From Lama glama (taxonomy: Eukaryota): DNA of 64,000 nt. Shown here in pieces: positions 49,240 through 61,019 of this stretch. Positions within the stretch are counted from its first letter, which is position 1, and the number at the start of each line of letters is the position of its first letter. Below the pieces are notes generated by a model. That model ran no database searches, was not told where the DNA came from, and saw nothing but the letters and a program-made list of their open reading frames with translations. Location: positions 80,788,001 to 80,852,000 of the forward strand of contig CM052816.1 of NCBI GenBank assembly GCA_028534125.1. The letters are read 5' to 3'. Made by a program: the position numbers and the translations under genes.

Positions 49240-49724
49240 CCTGTTGATGTCCTTCTGCCCTGCACCTGCATGGGTTATTTTCTCTACCCCAATTCATTCT
49301 CTTCTCTTCCCGGCGCACCAGAAACCTTTTTTGTTCCCTGGTTTCTGGGTAGATTTGGCTAATAAGAGACACCAAGAAACCAGAGGGCAGGAGGGAAAAG
49401 AGGTCCAAGATATTTACTCCAGTCCTCCATCCTCCCTGCTCTCAGCATCTGGCAGCGTTCTTCCTTTGAGACCCCAATTACTTTGGGCCAGCCGTTCTTC
49501 CTCCAACGTTGACAGGTTGCAGGAACCCTGTTTCCTCCGCTTGCTTTTTCAGACCTAGGAACAGTAAAGGCTTTTCACTCCTGTTAGTCCCTTGATGCTT
49601 CACCATCTCTTTTTGTTTCCCTAAACTCAGAACACTGTTCTGTAAATAGTCTCTTCATTCAAATCTTTTTGGTAAGCTTTCTTTAGTGTGCCATCTGTTT
49701 TGTGCTAGGGCTCTCACTAATGCG
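49240..49724 (+). mobile_element. ERVL solo LTR (LTR33-like)
   Basis: TTCTGGGTAGATTTGGCTAATAAGAGACACC...GTAAATAGTCTCTTCATT...GTGTGCCATCTGTTT...CACTAATGC. Confidence 0.7.
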
Positions 49725-50419
49725 GTACCTGTTAAGTTTTTAGTGGAAGGTTACTGATTTTGTATTAAATATTCAAGTAATACTGAACTAGAGGCTGGAA
49801 GACTTGGATTCTTCTTCCAGTTCTTCTGTTATCTCTTTCCTTATGAAAACCCATCGTGCCTTAGTCCCTATCTATTAAATAAGGTTAAAAAATATGTTCT
49901 TCTTACATAGAAATACATCTTTCTTACATAGATGTGAGAATGAAATTAATGTGTACAGTTTGAAAACATTAAGCACTAAAAATTGGAAGCCACATGTTGG
50001 CAAGGAAACTAGCAACATGTATTCTAATTCTTGACCTCAATTTTTTAAGACTCTGACTTTGTGTGTATATGTATTTTGGTTCATTGGGACTCCTTTTCCC
50101 CATGCTAAATATGCTGATTAGATTAGATGATCTTCCTGGTTCCTCTTAGCTTCAAAAATTTTCACAGTCTTTATATATTCTGTTCTCATTGTTCTAGACT
50201 ATTCAACAGCATGACCTGTAAAACCAAAAATTAAAATGTGGAATGTAGAACTAGAGAAAACTGTAGATAGAAAAGAAAATTTGAAATATTTGAAATTTGA
50301 AAATTTGAAATATAGAAAGTTAAAAGATGGACTTAACATCAACGTGGTTATAAAAGGGAAGGACAATTGGGTAGATGTTATAGGAGATAGATATTAAGTA
50401 TAAATATTTGGACTGGTTC

Positions 50420-50555
50420 AATAATGAAGTGGAAAAGTTTGGCTTTCAGGGCAGTGACATGCACATCACTAGGATTGTTCAAGCAGAAATGTATTTGCTC
50501 ATTTCTCAGAAATACTGCAGAGAAGATTTCTGTGATGATAAGAGATTGGACATTG
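50420..50555 (+). mobile_element. L3/MIR3-type 3' fragment
   Basis: CATCACTAGGATTGTTCAAGCAGA...CTGCAGAGAAGATTTCTG...GAGATTGGAC. Confidence 0.5.
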
Positions 50556-51437
50556 TAGTTACATGATTTAATATTGTAATGGTTACGTAAGTCACAATAT
50601 AGTTGGATTGTGCAGGAGTGTTAAAAAGCTCTAATGCTTTTTTTTCAACAAAAGAAGACAATGGCAACAAGAAGGGAGAAGGTGTAAAGCATTATTATGT
50701 ATGTGGTCATCTATGTTTGCAGTGAAGCAGAAAGAATAGAGCAGGGTTTAGATTCCAAGAACAACTATTTTTTACGTAAGCTGCTAGAAAACCTCCACTG
50801 TAATAGTACTTAACCCCTTCATTTGAGGACTTCCAGTCATTTCATAACTGTTTAATGAATTCCTACTGTATATACCAAACGTGTTCAGAGATCAAATAGC
50901 AACTGGGTTTTAAAAAGGCATGCAGATTTTAGAAGGGAAAGGAGACTACAACACAGTGCTGTTTTTATTATCAGTATGTTCTAGAGAGGGGAAGCCCTTG
51001 TAAAAATGGTAGTTTGGCTTTGCCATCACTTCATTCCTTTTTTAGTTACCTCCTGCCTCCTTTCAGCAACCCTTCGTTATTCATTTGACAGATATTTACT
51101 AAATATCTACTAAGTACAGATACTGTTCAAGGCTATAAAGATCATCAATGAACAACAGAGACAAAATGATCAGTGCCTTGAATCTGCATTTTGTTTCTGA
51201 TTATCAAAATTCTGAAAGGAATCCACCTCATCAAAGACTCAACCCCTTCCTGCCTCCTGCAACACACATCAATTTGTTGTCAACTCTGTTTTTTACATTA
51301 AGTTGAGCAAGTGGAAAACAAGACAAGTCTGACCAAAGGTGAGGAGATTGAGCATCAACATTTAATATGCAGCAACAATCACATCTCTCCACTTTAGCAA
51401 CGAATAGGAACGTGACCCACCTTTGTTAAGTATGTGG

Positions 51438-51809
51438 TGTTTTGGACTGAAAAAATCCATATGTTGAAGTCCTAAGTCCCAGTACTTCAGAATGTTATTT
51501 GTTTGGAGATAGGGTCTTTAAAGAGGTATTTCTTGTAAAATGAGATCGTGTAGGTGGGACCGAATCCAACTGATGTCCTTTTAAGAAGAAGAGATTAGCA
51601 CACAGACACATACAGAAGAAAGACCATTTAAGACAGAGAGAAAATAGCCATTTACAAGTAGAGGAGAGAAGCCTCAGAAGAAAGCAGCCAACCCTGCAAG
51701 CACTTGATCTTGGACTTCTTGTCTCCAGAACTATGATAAAGTAAATTTCTGTTGTTTAAGCCACATAATCTGTGGTGCTTCATTATGGCAGCCCTAGTAA
51801 ACTAATACA
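51438..51809 (+). mobile_element. MaLR MLT1B-like solo LTR
   Basis: TGTTTTGGACTGAA...ATATGTTGAAGTCCTAA...TTTGGAGATAGGGTCTTTAAAGAGG...GCAGCCCTAGTAAACTAATACA; flanks TGTGG/CATGG. Confidence 0.9.
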
Positions 51810-52926
51810 CATGGTATGGGATGGTAAGTAGCACTTGATTTCAAAATTTCTTATCACATAGACATGGGGCTGCTGTAATTCCATCCTTGTCCCCATATCC
51901 TTTTCCCCTCATACCTGCTTTACACCACTGACGTTGTGCCAGGTCAACACCTGGAATCTCTACACCTGCATGGTCTCAGACTTACCAGGGGCTGGCGTTA
52001 CATATCAGTGCAATGTCTGTCCAGCAATCTGTGACTCTGTGAGGAGGAGAGCAGCTGACCTAGAAGGGATTCGTGATTTTTATTATTTTAGAATTTCTTT
52101 TTATGGACACCCTGCTGAGATGTGTGCAACAGAGTAATCTGGTTACACCACTGTAGGCGTGTTCCAGACTTCAGAATGCACAGGATGCTCCTGAATCAAA
52201 TTGGATAGGGTTCAAAGTGAAGAATCTCCTTCCCCAAATTGACTGTAGGAGTTTTGTGTATTTATTTGAGTATATATTTATTTGGGTCAGCTGACAGGAC
52301 CAGCTAGCCTACAGGCTCAAATTGTGATTTATACTTTAGTGAAGAGATGCAGCTTTGGAAACTCAGGCCCCTTCTAAATACTATATGATCCTGGCTCTAA
52401 TTGGTCAGCTCCTTCTCAGGTAACACTGTACATCTGCAGTGACTTATGCAAAGTCTGCAGCCTGGGCATCTGGGAGTGTATCTTCCTTCTCCCACCTTCA
52501 CCTTGAGGACTAGATAGCAGAGCCCACCTACCAAAGTGGCCCCATGGAGAAAGGTTTGTTGCCTGTTGATTCAAGGTGACAAGGAGGAGGTACTATTTTT
52601 TCTGAAAAAGCTGCTTTAGAAGCAAAGGGAAGAGCTGCAGGGAGAAGCATTTTCCAGGAAGGTCATTCTAGGTCAAATACCCTTGGGGATGTAGCATGAA
52701 GAGAAAAGGCTATAACAGATCAGGAGACGCCTGGATTTAATCATAGCTTCTAGCAGAGTAACACAATGATTGGATGGGTTGTTTAGACCCAGCATCTCCT
52801 AAGAAATCCAGCCTGTGGAGAATAATAATGATAACAACGTATATAATGCTTATCTCTAGTTAGGCACTAAATGTTTTATATTTATTGTAACTCAGTTAAC
52901 CCTCCCAACGAGTCCCAGAATCTTGT

Positions 52927-54422
52927 TGTCTTAGACAACATTCTAAAATGATCCACAATGAGAGATCACATCACACCTGTCAGAATGGCTGTCATCAAAA
53001 AGAAGAAATAGCAAGTATTGACAAGGATGTGGAGAAAAGGGAACATTTGTGCACTGTTGGTGGGATTGTAAATTGGAGCAGCCACTATGGAAAACAGTAT
53101 GGAGGTTTCTCAAAAACCTAAAAATAGAACCACCATATGGTTTGGCAATTCCACTTCTGGGTATGTATCCAAGAAAGTGAAAACACTAATTCAAAAAGAT
53201 ATATGCACCCCATGTTCATTTCAGCATTATTTATAATAGCCAAGATAAGGAAGCAACCTAACTGCCCATCAACAGATGAATGGATAAAGAAGATATAGTA
53301 TATATACATATGTATATATGCACACACACATAGACACTATACAATGGAATATTATTCAGCCATAAAAAAGAATGAAGTTTTGCCATTTGTGACAACATCA
53401 ATGGACTCAGAGGGCATTATGCTTAGTGAAACTGGTCAGACAGAGAAACACAAATACTGTATGTTTTCACTTATATGTAGAATCTAAAAGACAAAACAAA
53501 TGAATACAGAGACACAGAAGACAAATCAGTGGTTACCAGAGAGGAGAGAGGTAAGTGGAGGGGTGAAATAGGTAAAATGGATTGAGAAGTACTATCAGTT
53601 ATAAAATAGGTAAGTCAGAGGGATGAAATGTACAGCACAGGAAATATAGGAAATATTTTATAATAACTTTATATGGTGTGTAGTCTATAAAAATATCAAA
53701 TTCCTTTTTGGTACACCTGAAACTAATATAATATTATAAGTCAACTATGCTTCAAATAAAGAAAAATAAAGTAAAATAAAATGCTCCCAAAGATTCCTGC
53801 CCCTTTGTGTTTATACCCTATATGGTCCTCCCTATACACACTTGAATTTGAGCAGAACTTACAAATGTGAAGGCAGTCACTTCATGATTATTTTACTTTA
53901 AAAGGTGGAAGAATGTAGCTGTTACTAAGGGCCCCAGTTCTGACTCTGAGTTAATCAAAAGAGAGATTATCCTAGGCGGGCTTGACTCAATTGGATGGGT
54001 CCTTAAAAGGGATTGGGCCCATCTTGAAAGAAGAAATTCAACTGTAAGAGGGATTCTCCAGTGGCCTTGATATAACAAACTGCCATAATTTGGAGAGGCT
54101 ATTCCCACGTGGAAGGGAAGCCTCTTAGAAGCTGAGAATGGCCCCCTTATTCACAGTCAGCAACAAAGTAGAAACCTCATACAGTCATAAGGAAATGACC
54201 CAAGAGAGCTTAGAAGCAGATCTTGCTCTAGTCAAGACCCCAGATATGGGTATACCCAGCTGACACCTTGATTTCAGCCTCATGAAACTCTGAGCATAGT
54301 ACATGTAGGCACTAAAATGTACCTGACTTCTAATCCACAGAAACCCTGAGATAGTATGTTTGTGTCCACAGAAACTGCTACATTTGTGGTAATTTGTTTT
54401 GCAGCAGTAGAAAACCAATACA
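52927..54422 (+). mobile_element. MaLR MLT1E-like LTR, split by an L1
   Basis: TGTCTTAGACAACATTCTAAAATG|...|CCCAAAGATTCCTGCCCC...GAGTTAATCAAAAGAGAGATTATCC...GCAGCAGTAGAAAACCAATACA; flanks CTTGT/CCTGT. Confidence 0.85.
52955..53777 (+). mobile_element. 5'-truncated LINE-1 (L1MA9/laurasiatherian-type 3' end)
   Basis: ACAATGAGAGATCACATCACACCTGTCAGAATGGC...GTACACCTGAAACTAATATAATATT...A-rich tail; TSD AAAATGATCC (52945-52954) / AAAATGCTCC (53778-53787). Confidence 0.92.
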
Positions 54423-57400
54423 CCTGTGTATTACTATCTTCATTTTATAACAGGAAAACTGAAGTACAAAGAAGTAGAGTAACTTACCAAAGGTTGCAAA
54501 GTCAGTAAGTAGTAGAACTTGGATTTGAACCTTGATTTCTGGCTCCAATGTGTGTATGTTTAAGCATTGCATTGCAGTAGACTCCTGCCACCTGCCTTCT
54601 CTTTGTTTCACTCTCCCTGCAAGTTGCCATGACTTGGGTATAGTTGGTCAGAAAGCCATTTTGAAAGCAGTAACTTCAGGTCCCTGGCCTCTAGCCAGTC
54701 CCCCACTCTGTTACAACTCCCTTTTTTCATAGATGGGAAAGCCTAGGCTTCATTCCCAGAAGGGTGTTTTTTTTCTTCTATTTTTTTTTAACACTTCTCT
54801 TTAAAAAAAATCTACAGTTTTTGAATTATAGCCCTGTGGTTAAGAGAAATGACATTTACTGAGGAAGCAACTTGTTATGGTCTTAGGTACTCTGCCAACT
54901 GCAATGAAAAGGGGGCTTTTAAATGTCATTTATACATTAAGAAAGATTTAAAGAGACACTGAAGAATATACCCAGCTGGCATTGCCAAAATCTGTAGGCC
55001 TTGTATCCACAAGAATCCTGGGCTAAAACTTAATTTGTTCTTTTATGAGTGGATAGGGTATATTCTGCCCCAAGTCTGAACCAAAATATTTAAAAATCAC
55101 ACTTCATTTAAAAGGATTTATGGAGACATGCCAGATCTATGAAGATATAAGGTATAGATCTGAAGAGTAGGCAGAAGCCTTCATTACCTAGAAAGTATCT
55201 TTTTTTGAAGGAAAAAAATAGTAAGAAAATGAGACAATATTCTCTTAAGTAAGAGGACTTAACCTCTTAAACTTTTTGAAAATTTGAGCAGAACTTCCTC
55301 TAATTTAAATAAGAGATGACTGAGGTCCTATTGATAATAATGGTCGAGTTATTAGGAAATAACCAGGTGAGTAAACCAAATTACTCAGCAATGGTGTTGT
55401 GTTAAACCAAGTCTTGACAGTGGCTTGTTTGATTCCTATAGAATGAAGGTTGGAGGAAGATTTAAAACCTTGAGGGTAAGTACTGGTAATGGTACCCTGG
55501 AAATGCATTTTAACCTCCATTAATTAATTCATCTATGGCTTTGAATACATTTGTATTATGTATCTGTGTAATTTCATTTCTGTCATTCACTTTTTTGCTT
55601 ATAAAATGCACTTGAGAATTCTTCTCCCATTAAATATACTAGATATTTATAGCCTGTCACTTGCTTTGTAAACTGTGGCAGAATATTGATACATCTCTTA
55701 CTGCCTGAGGTTTATGCTGCACACTGACACACGAAAGTGAAAAGGGTCTTTATAGGTAAAAGTGACATAAACATCTCAGTAACACTGGGCTGTGTACATT
55801 GAGTTGCTTTATTACAGGTGATTAACTTGGGTCAAATCATCTAATGCCTTTTAGTTTTCTTTGTGTTCAAGAGCATGCAGCATTTTACAAGACTTTCACC
55901 AGGAGTAAGTATATTCTTGAATGGATTTGCTTACCATATACTGATGCCACAGGCTTTCAGAAATAGAGTGGAAAATGGTACAAAGGCAAAGCTGTGACTA
56001 TTTGGTTAAGAAACTTACAAAAAAAATTTTAATTGATGCTAAGGATTGGATTTTTAAAATCTAATTATATTTAGTTGTATTTGTATAGAACAGGACCTGC
56101 ATCTTAATAATACTGCTCCCATACACACAGCAAGCTCGCCTTCTCAGGATTGTTGTGATGGATTTAGGAAGAGAGCATGTGAGGTTGTACCCAACATAAT
56201 GCCTGGCACCTGGGAGTTATTCAATTGATAGTGAAATCTGAAAAACAAAAAGATTTTACTGAGTGCCTATCGAGTGAATGAACGCAGGTATTAAGCATTC
56301 TAGATAGTTACTAATGAGTAAGCATAGGATTTTGGGTAATGTAACTATATTAGTTTTTAAAATAGTAAAATTTTTTTTAAGAGAGATCTTGCCATCATTA
56401 TCTAGAGCCTCGAGACAGCCAAATCCTTTTAGCTAGAGAGGAACTTACAGGCAGGGAATGTGGGATATTTGAAGAACCTCATGATAGGATAAATTTGCTA
56501 TACCAAATTAAGTAATCTTCAATCAAAATGTGTAATACAATTGTTTCACAAAGAACTTCCCTGGGTTAAAAATACCTGACCCACATGTTCGGTCAGGTTG
56601 ATATTTAGGTTGATAACAGGCAGTGTTGTATCATGTACATCAGTGAAAAAGTGACTCAAGCAGAAGAAAAGCCCAGGAAAAAAAAAAAAGCTCTTTTCCC
56701 CCTGAGGACTCCAGCTGCGGCCTGTGGCCAAGTCCCCTGCTTGATACCCTGGTCTGCTTAAAAAAAATTTTTCAAAAAACTAAACAAAAAAACAAATCAG
56801 TTGTAAGGATATTGACGAAACCTCTCTTCTATTCCAGGATCCATGACCCTGCCCTAATCGGCAAACAGGTCAGAAAAGGCCAGTCATATTATAGTGTCTG
56901 AGTCACTACAAAGTTGAACAGTTTTAATTATTTAATTTCTTATTTTCACTGATGCTTTTGATAGTGTTTCTTCTTTAAATTTTCTTCTTCATGAAAGATT
57001 GCATTTGCCACTTCTTTGTAGCCTGCCAAGTAGTGTAATTAGCAAAGAGTATTTCAGGTGTTGGGGCCCTTTAGCCAGAACGCGCTGTCATCTTCATTGT
57101 TCTGGGGAAAAGGAAAACAAACATTCGGAAATGCAGTGGATAAGCCTGAGCCTTGGTTTAAGGAGTGGAAGGAAGTATAGTTAGTTAGTTCAAGCATAGA
57201 GGAAATCTTTCTAAAAGTAACTGGATTGATTCCTTTAAGAAGTATAAGCCAAAGTGTTCTGCGGGGTGTAATACTTGGTGACAGTTTGCTTAGTGCTCAG
57301 TACCGTCACAAGTTCAATGCTGTCACAGATGCTAGTGAGAGCAGTCAGAAGAGGGATCTACCAAAATGAGTAGTTAGGTGTAGGCCTGCCTTGAGCAAGT

Positions 57401-58414
57401 AAGTCACCAAGTTTGTCTGAACTGCTCCCCAACCCTCCACTGCCTCCTTCTGCATCCTCCCCTTGGATTCCAAGGTCTCTTTTCTCCATTTTACCCCCAA
57501 AGGCTTGAGGTATTTTAACTACTTGGTTTTTAATTGTTAAAAGCATTTCATGTGTTTTTCTTCTGTACTTTAAATTTCTCTAATCAAAGGAGGGCAGTAG
57601 TTTGGTAAACTGAATTCATACCACGGTGATAGGATTGCAGGGGTTTTTTTTTTTCTCTTTCTAGGGATCTTTGTACTAATAGTTGGAAAGGACTGTGCTT
57701 AATTAAAGGGATTTTCAGACAGATGAGGACCAAAGTGCGAGAGATGGGCAGGTGCTTATACAGAAGATTAACTGGGTGAATAGAATTGTGCAGTGGACCA
57801 GTGAGACACAAAGTGTTGGGTTCCAAATTTGTTCCAAATTTCCAAATAAGGAAAGCTTATTTCTCTTGAGCAATATGTGAGGTAAGCTGAATTACTGCCT
57901 CATTCTGTCTCATTTCATTTTGGGTCCTTCTCAGAGGAAATATGTACTGCTATAAGACTGCATGCCCTATGGAAGTAAGAACATTTTTCTGACAGTGATT
58001 GTCATACACAACACCCAGCCAGTCTTCCATCATCTTTTTCAATATCTGTTTTTGTTGTTTTTCATGTAGGACTTTGTAGAGCTTAGCATTATACTGAAAC
58101 TCAATAGTATCATCTCTGGGGGTTGCATCTTTTTTGAGAGATGAAGATGTACTTGTGTACTAAAGAGAGCAGGTTACAAAGTCTAGATTCTGTCCAAGTA
58201 GAAAGGATTCCAGAATAGCTATAAGCCATCAGAAAATGCAGGCATGCAGTCTAACCTAAAAAAGAAATATGTGTTAATAAGACTGAAACCTCTTTTCTTG
58301 TTTTTTTCAAAGAATTATAGTTAATTCCTCATTATACATCTTGGGTGTATCTGAGCAGTACCTGTAGGAAAAAGAACATTGGATTTGTAGACATGAAACC
58401 ACATATTTTTACTT

Positions 58415-58870
58415 TGCTTGCTGCTCCTCTCCATCTCCTCCAGATCAGTCCGTCTCCTCTGCCTACTTCTGTACCTAACTTTTTTGATTGCATCATCCAG
58501 CATCTTTACTCTCTAGATTCTTGTTTATTTTGGTCAATGGGAGGCACTGGCAGAGGAGTAGAGGCTGAGGGAAGAGAAGATCTCGGTATGTCTTCGCTGG
58601 CTTTACTGTTCTCCACTTTGCCACTGTTCTGGCAGCATCTGTGTCCATCATCCTGTCAGGCACCTCCTCCTTCAGAGTGGCAGTTCTTTTCAAGCTCTGA
58701 GAACATTATTTTCTCTTCTTCAGGCCTGGGGGTAGTTGTGGCCTTCTGATTTTTAGTCCTTGAGTGTTTTACTTTCCCTTGTTGGCCCTTTACCTCTGCC
58801 CTTCAATCAATGATTTTCAGTCAATTCCTTTAGATATGCCGTCTGTTTCCTGTCAGGGCCCTATCAGACA
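58415..58870 (+). mobile_element. ERVL solo LTR (LTR33-like)
   Basis: TTTGGTCAATGGGAGGCACTGGCAGAG...TTCAGGCCTGGGGGTAG...TGCCGTCTGTTTCCTGTCAGGGCCCT...GACACA. Confidence 0.65.
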
Positions 58871-60781
58871 CATTTAGATTCTTGGACAAATCAGATAATC
58901 TCTCTGACCTTGTACTTTCTTCATCTACAAAATTGGGTAATATCGACATAGTTATCTCGAAGGGTTGCCAATGCATGTGAATTTGTAAAGTATCATAGAA
59001 AGCCCACTATAAATAGCAAATTATCTTCTACTGTTGAATCCCCAAAATCAGCTTTTCTCAGATACTTGAAATGAATTTTATAACATCTCCCCATGATAAA
59101 CTGACCATACCTCTGTCCCCCTCCTCAACAGTAGGTAATTCAGAGCTGGGAAGGCAATGTAAATCATCTTAACACACCTTTGTTCCTACCTTGCGTTTTT
59201 CCCTTGATAATGATGTGTCAGGCATCATTTCCTCACAGTGCATCTTGTGTGTGTTTCTCCCCTCTGTGAGATTATAAGTGCTCCTGAGGATGGGGACTGT
59301 AGCATGTATATTTTTTTATGACTCATAGTAATTCACATACTGTTAAGCATATATTTGATAAAGCAGGCACCTGGGAAATGAATGGTTGGGTCTTCAGTGT
59401 ACACCTGTTGATACTGAGACTTTCAAAGCCTGATTATGGGCATTTACTGATTTTATACAAGAGTGTTCTCTCCCTAATTAGCGTGACCCTCTTTGTGTGC
59501 ATGAAAAGTGTTCGTTTAACAAATGCAGATTTTATGGATATCTGTTGTGTTTTCTGTGTGTATTTTATTGTGTGATTTGGCACATGCAGGACTTAAAATT
59601 CAAGAGGAGAAACTCTTCCTCATTGTTCCCATCTTACTAGATTGGAGCCTAGTAAAATAATCTTACAGAACAAAGTAAATGTTGATGATGAAAACAGCTA
59701 ATGGTTTTCCATCCAGTCTTCCCAAAGCCAGTGAAGAAAAGTAGTGCTACTTTTGAAGACCAGGTAAACCCAAACTCACACATTCAGAGGAAACATTTAA
59801 ATTTTCAGAATAACATGCCTGGGAATAGGGGCTGCTGGTTTATCCACTGAACCAGCTCTAGAAAGGGCACATGGACAATGGTATAAGAGGCATTTGGCTC
59901 ACTGATTCTTCCTTTCTTTGTTTTCTTACTTCTGAATAGGCACAATGCACTCCAGAGAACCCTTGCTATTTTTTGTTCCCACAATCTCATTCCTTCAAAA
60001 ATAAAAAGAGAAAAAAATAACTTAGGTAATCAGGGACCATGTTAAAGGCAAATGGGAGGCCGGGACTGATCCTGCTAATTTCTCTCTGAGAGATGCTATG
60101 TAAAAACAAAATCAGCAGCCTAGTTGCAGGGATGGTTAAAAGTCCCTTAGCTTGCCAAGGTCACCACAGTGCTGAGGAAAGTAAAGAAATGCTTAGACCC
60201 CAAATTATCTTTGGTAAATTAAAGGAGTGACCAGAAACAGAAGACCATAGGAATATGTGTATGTACATATGGTATAGAGTTAGAACATAACTGAGAGGTC
60301 ATGGCAGATTAGCAGCTGACTGAGAGTAACGCTCCAGTGCAAAAGTGCAGAAGAAAACATAGGACTGCTGGCAAGTTCCAAGAAGAAAAGAGAATACACA
60401 AGCATGTTAAATTTCTAAATTATTTGGTATAGAAAATAATACCAGAGAAGTTTAGAAAACTGAGAGATTAAAATGGAGGGAACCATTAGGGAACATTCCT
60501 TGGAGAAGATGAGCCTGAAACTGGCCTCTGAATGGTTGGATTGGTGTAAAACAGAACAATGGAGGTTATTAAATGCCACACACCTTTTTATGGAAGGATT
60601 TATACATTAAAGCCAAAAAATTGTTCAAATAGAATGTCCAGTAAAAAGTGATGAGGTGATATTGGAAAGTCTTCTTTAGACCCCTGGGCAGAGAGAAAGA
60701 GTCAGTCTTCCAAACAGTCAGTGGTGGGGAGGCTGAGGAAGCAGTCATTCAGGGTATTTGTAGTGGAGAGGATGAAGCGGG

Positions 60782-61019
60782 TGTCTTAGTCTGCTCAGGG
60801 TGCCATGGCAATACCATCGACTGGGTGGCTTAAGCAGAAATTTGTTTCTCAGGTCTCTTCTTCTTAGTAGGATGCTAATCTCATCATGGGGACCCCATCC
60901 TCATGACCTCATCTAAGTTTAATTATCTCTCAAAGGCCCCCCCACGAGATACCACTACAATGAGGGTTAGGGCATCACTCTATGAATTTTAGGGGGACAC
61001 AATCATTCAGTCTATAATA
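60782..61019 (-). mobile_element. MaLR MLT1A-like LTR, internally deleted
   Basis: TGTCTTAGTCTGCTCAGGG...ACTGGGTGGCTTAA...CCTCATGACCTCATCTAA...TATGAATTTTAGGGGGACACAA..ATTCAGTCTATAA; only ~240 bp. Confidence 0.85.

Larger units (their letters stand above)
52820..54560 (-). mobile_element. MIR SINE, split by an MLT1E LTR
   Basis: AATAATAATGATAAC...TAGGCACT...AACTCAGTTAACCTC before; CATTTTATAACAGGAAAACTGAAGTACAAAGAAG...GGATTTGAACC after. Confidence 0.8.

Noticed and set aside
50278..50312. AAATTTGA-type short tandem repeats as a possible array
   Set aside because: Low-complexity slippage repeat with no unique spacers; nothing CRISPR-like in this eukaryotic window
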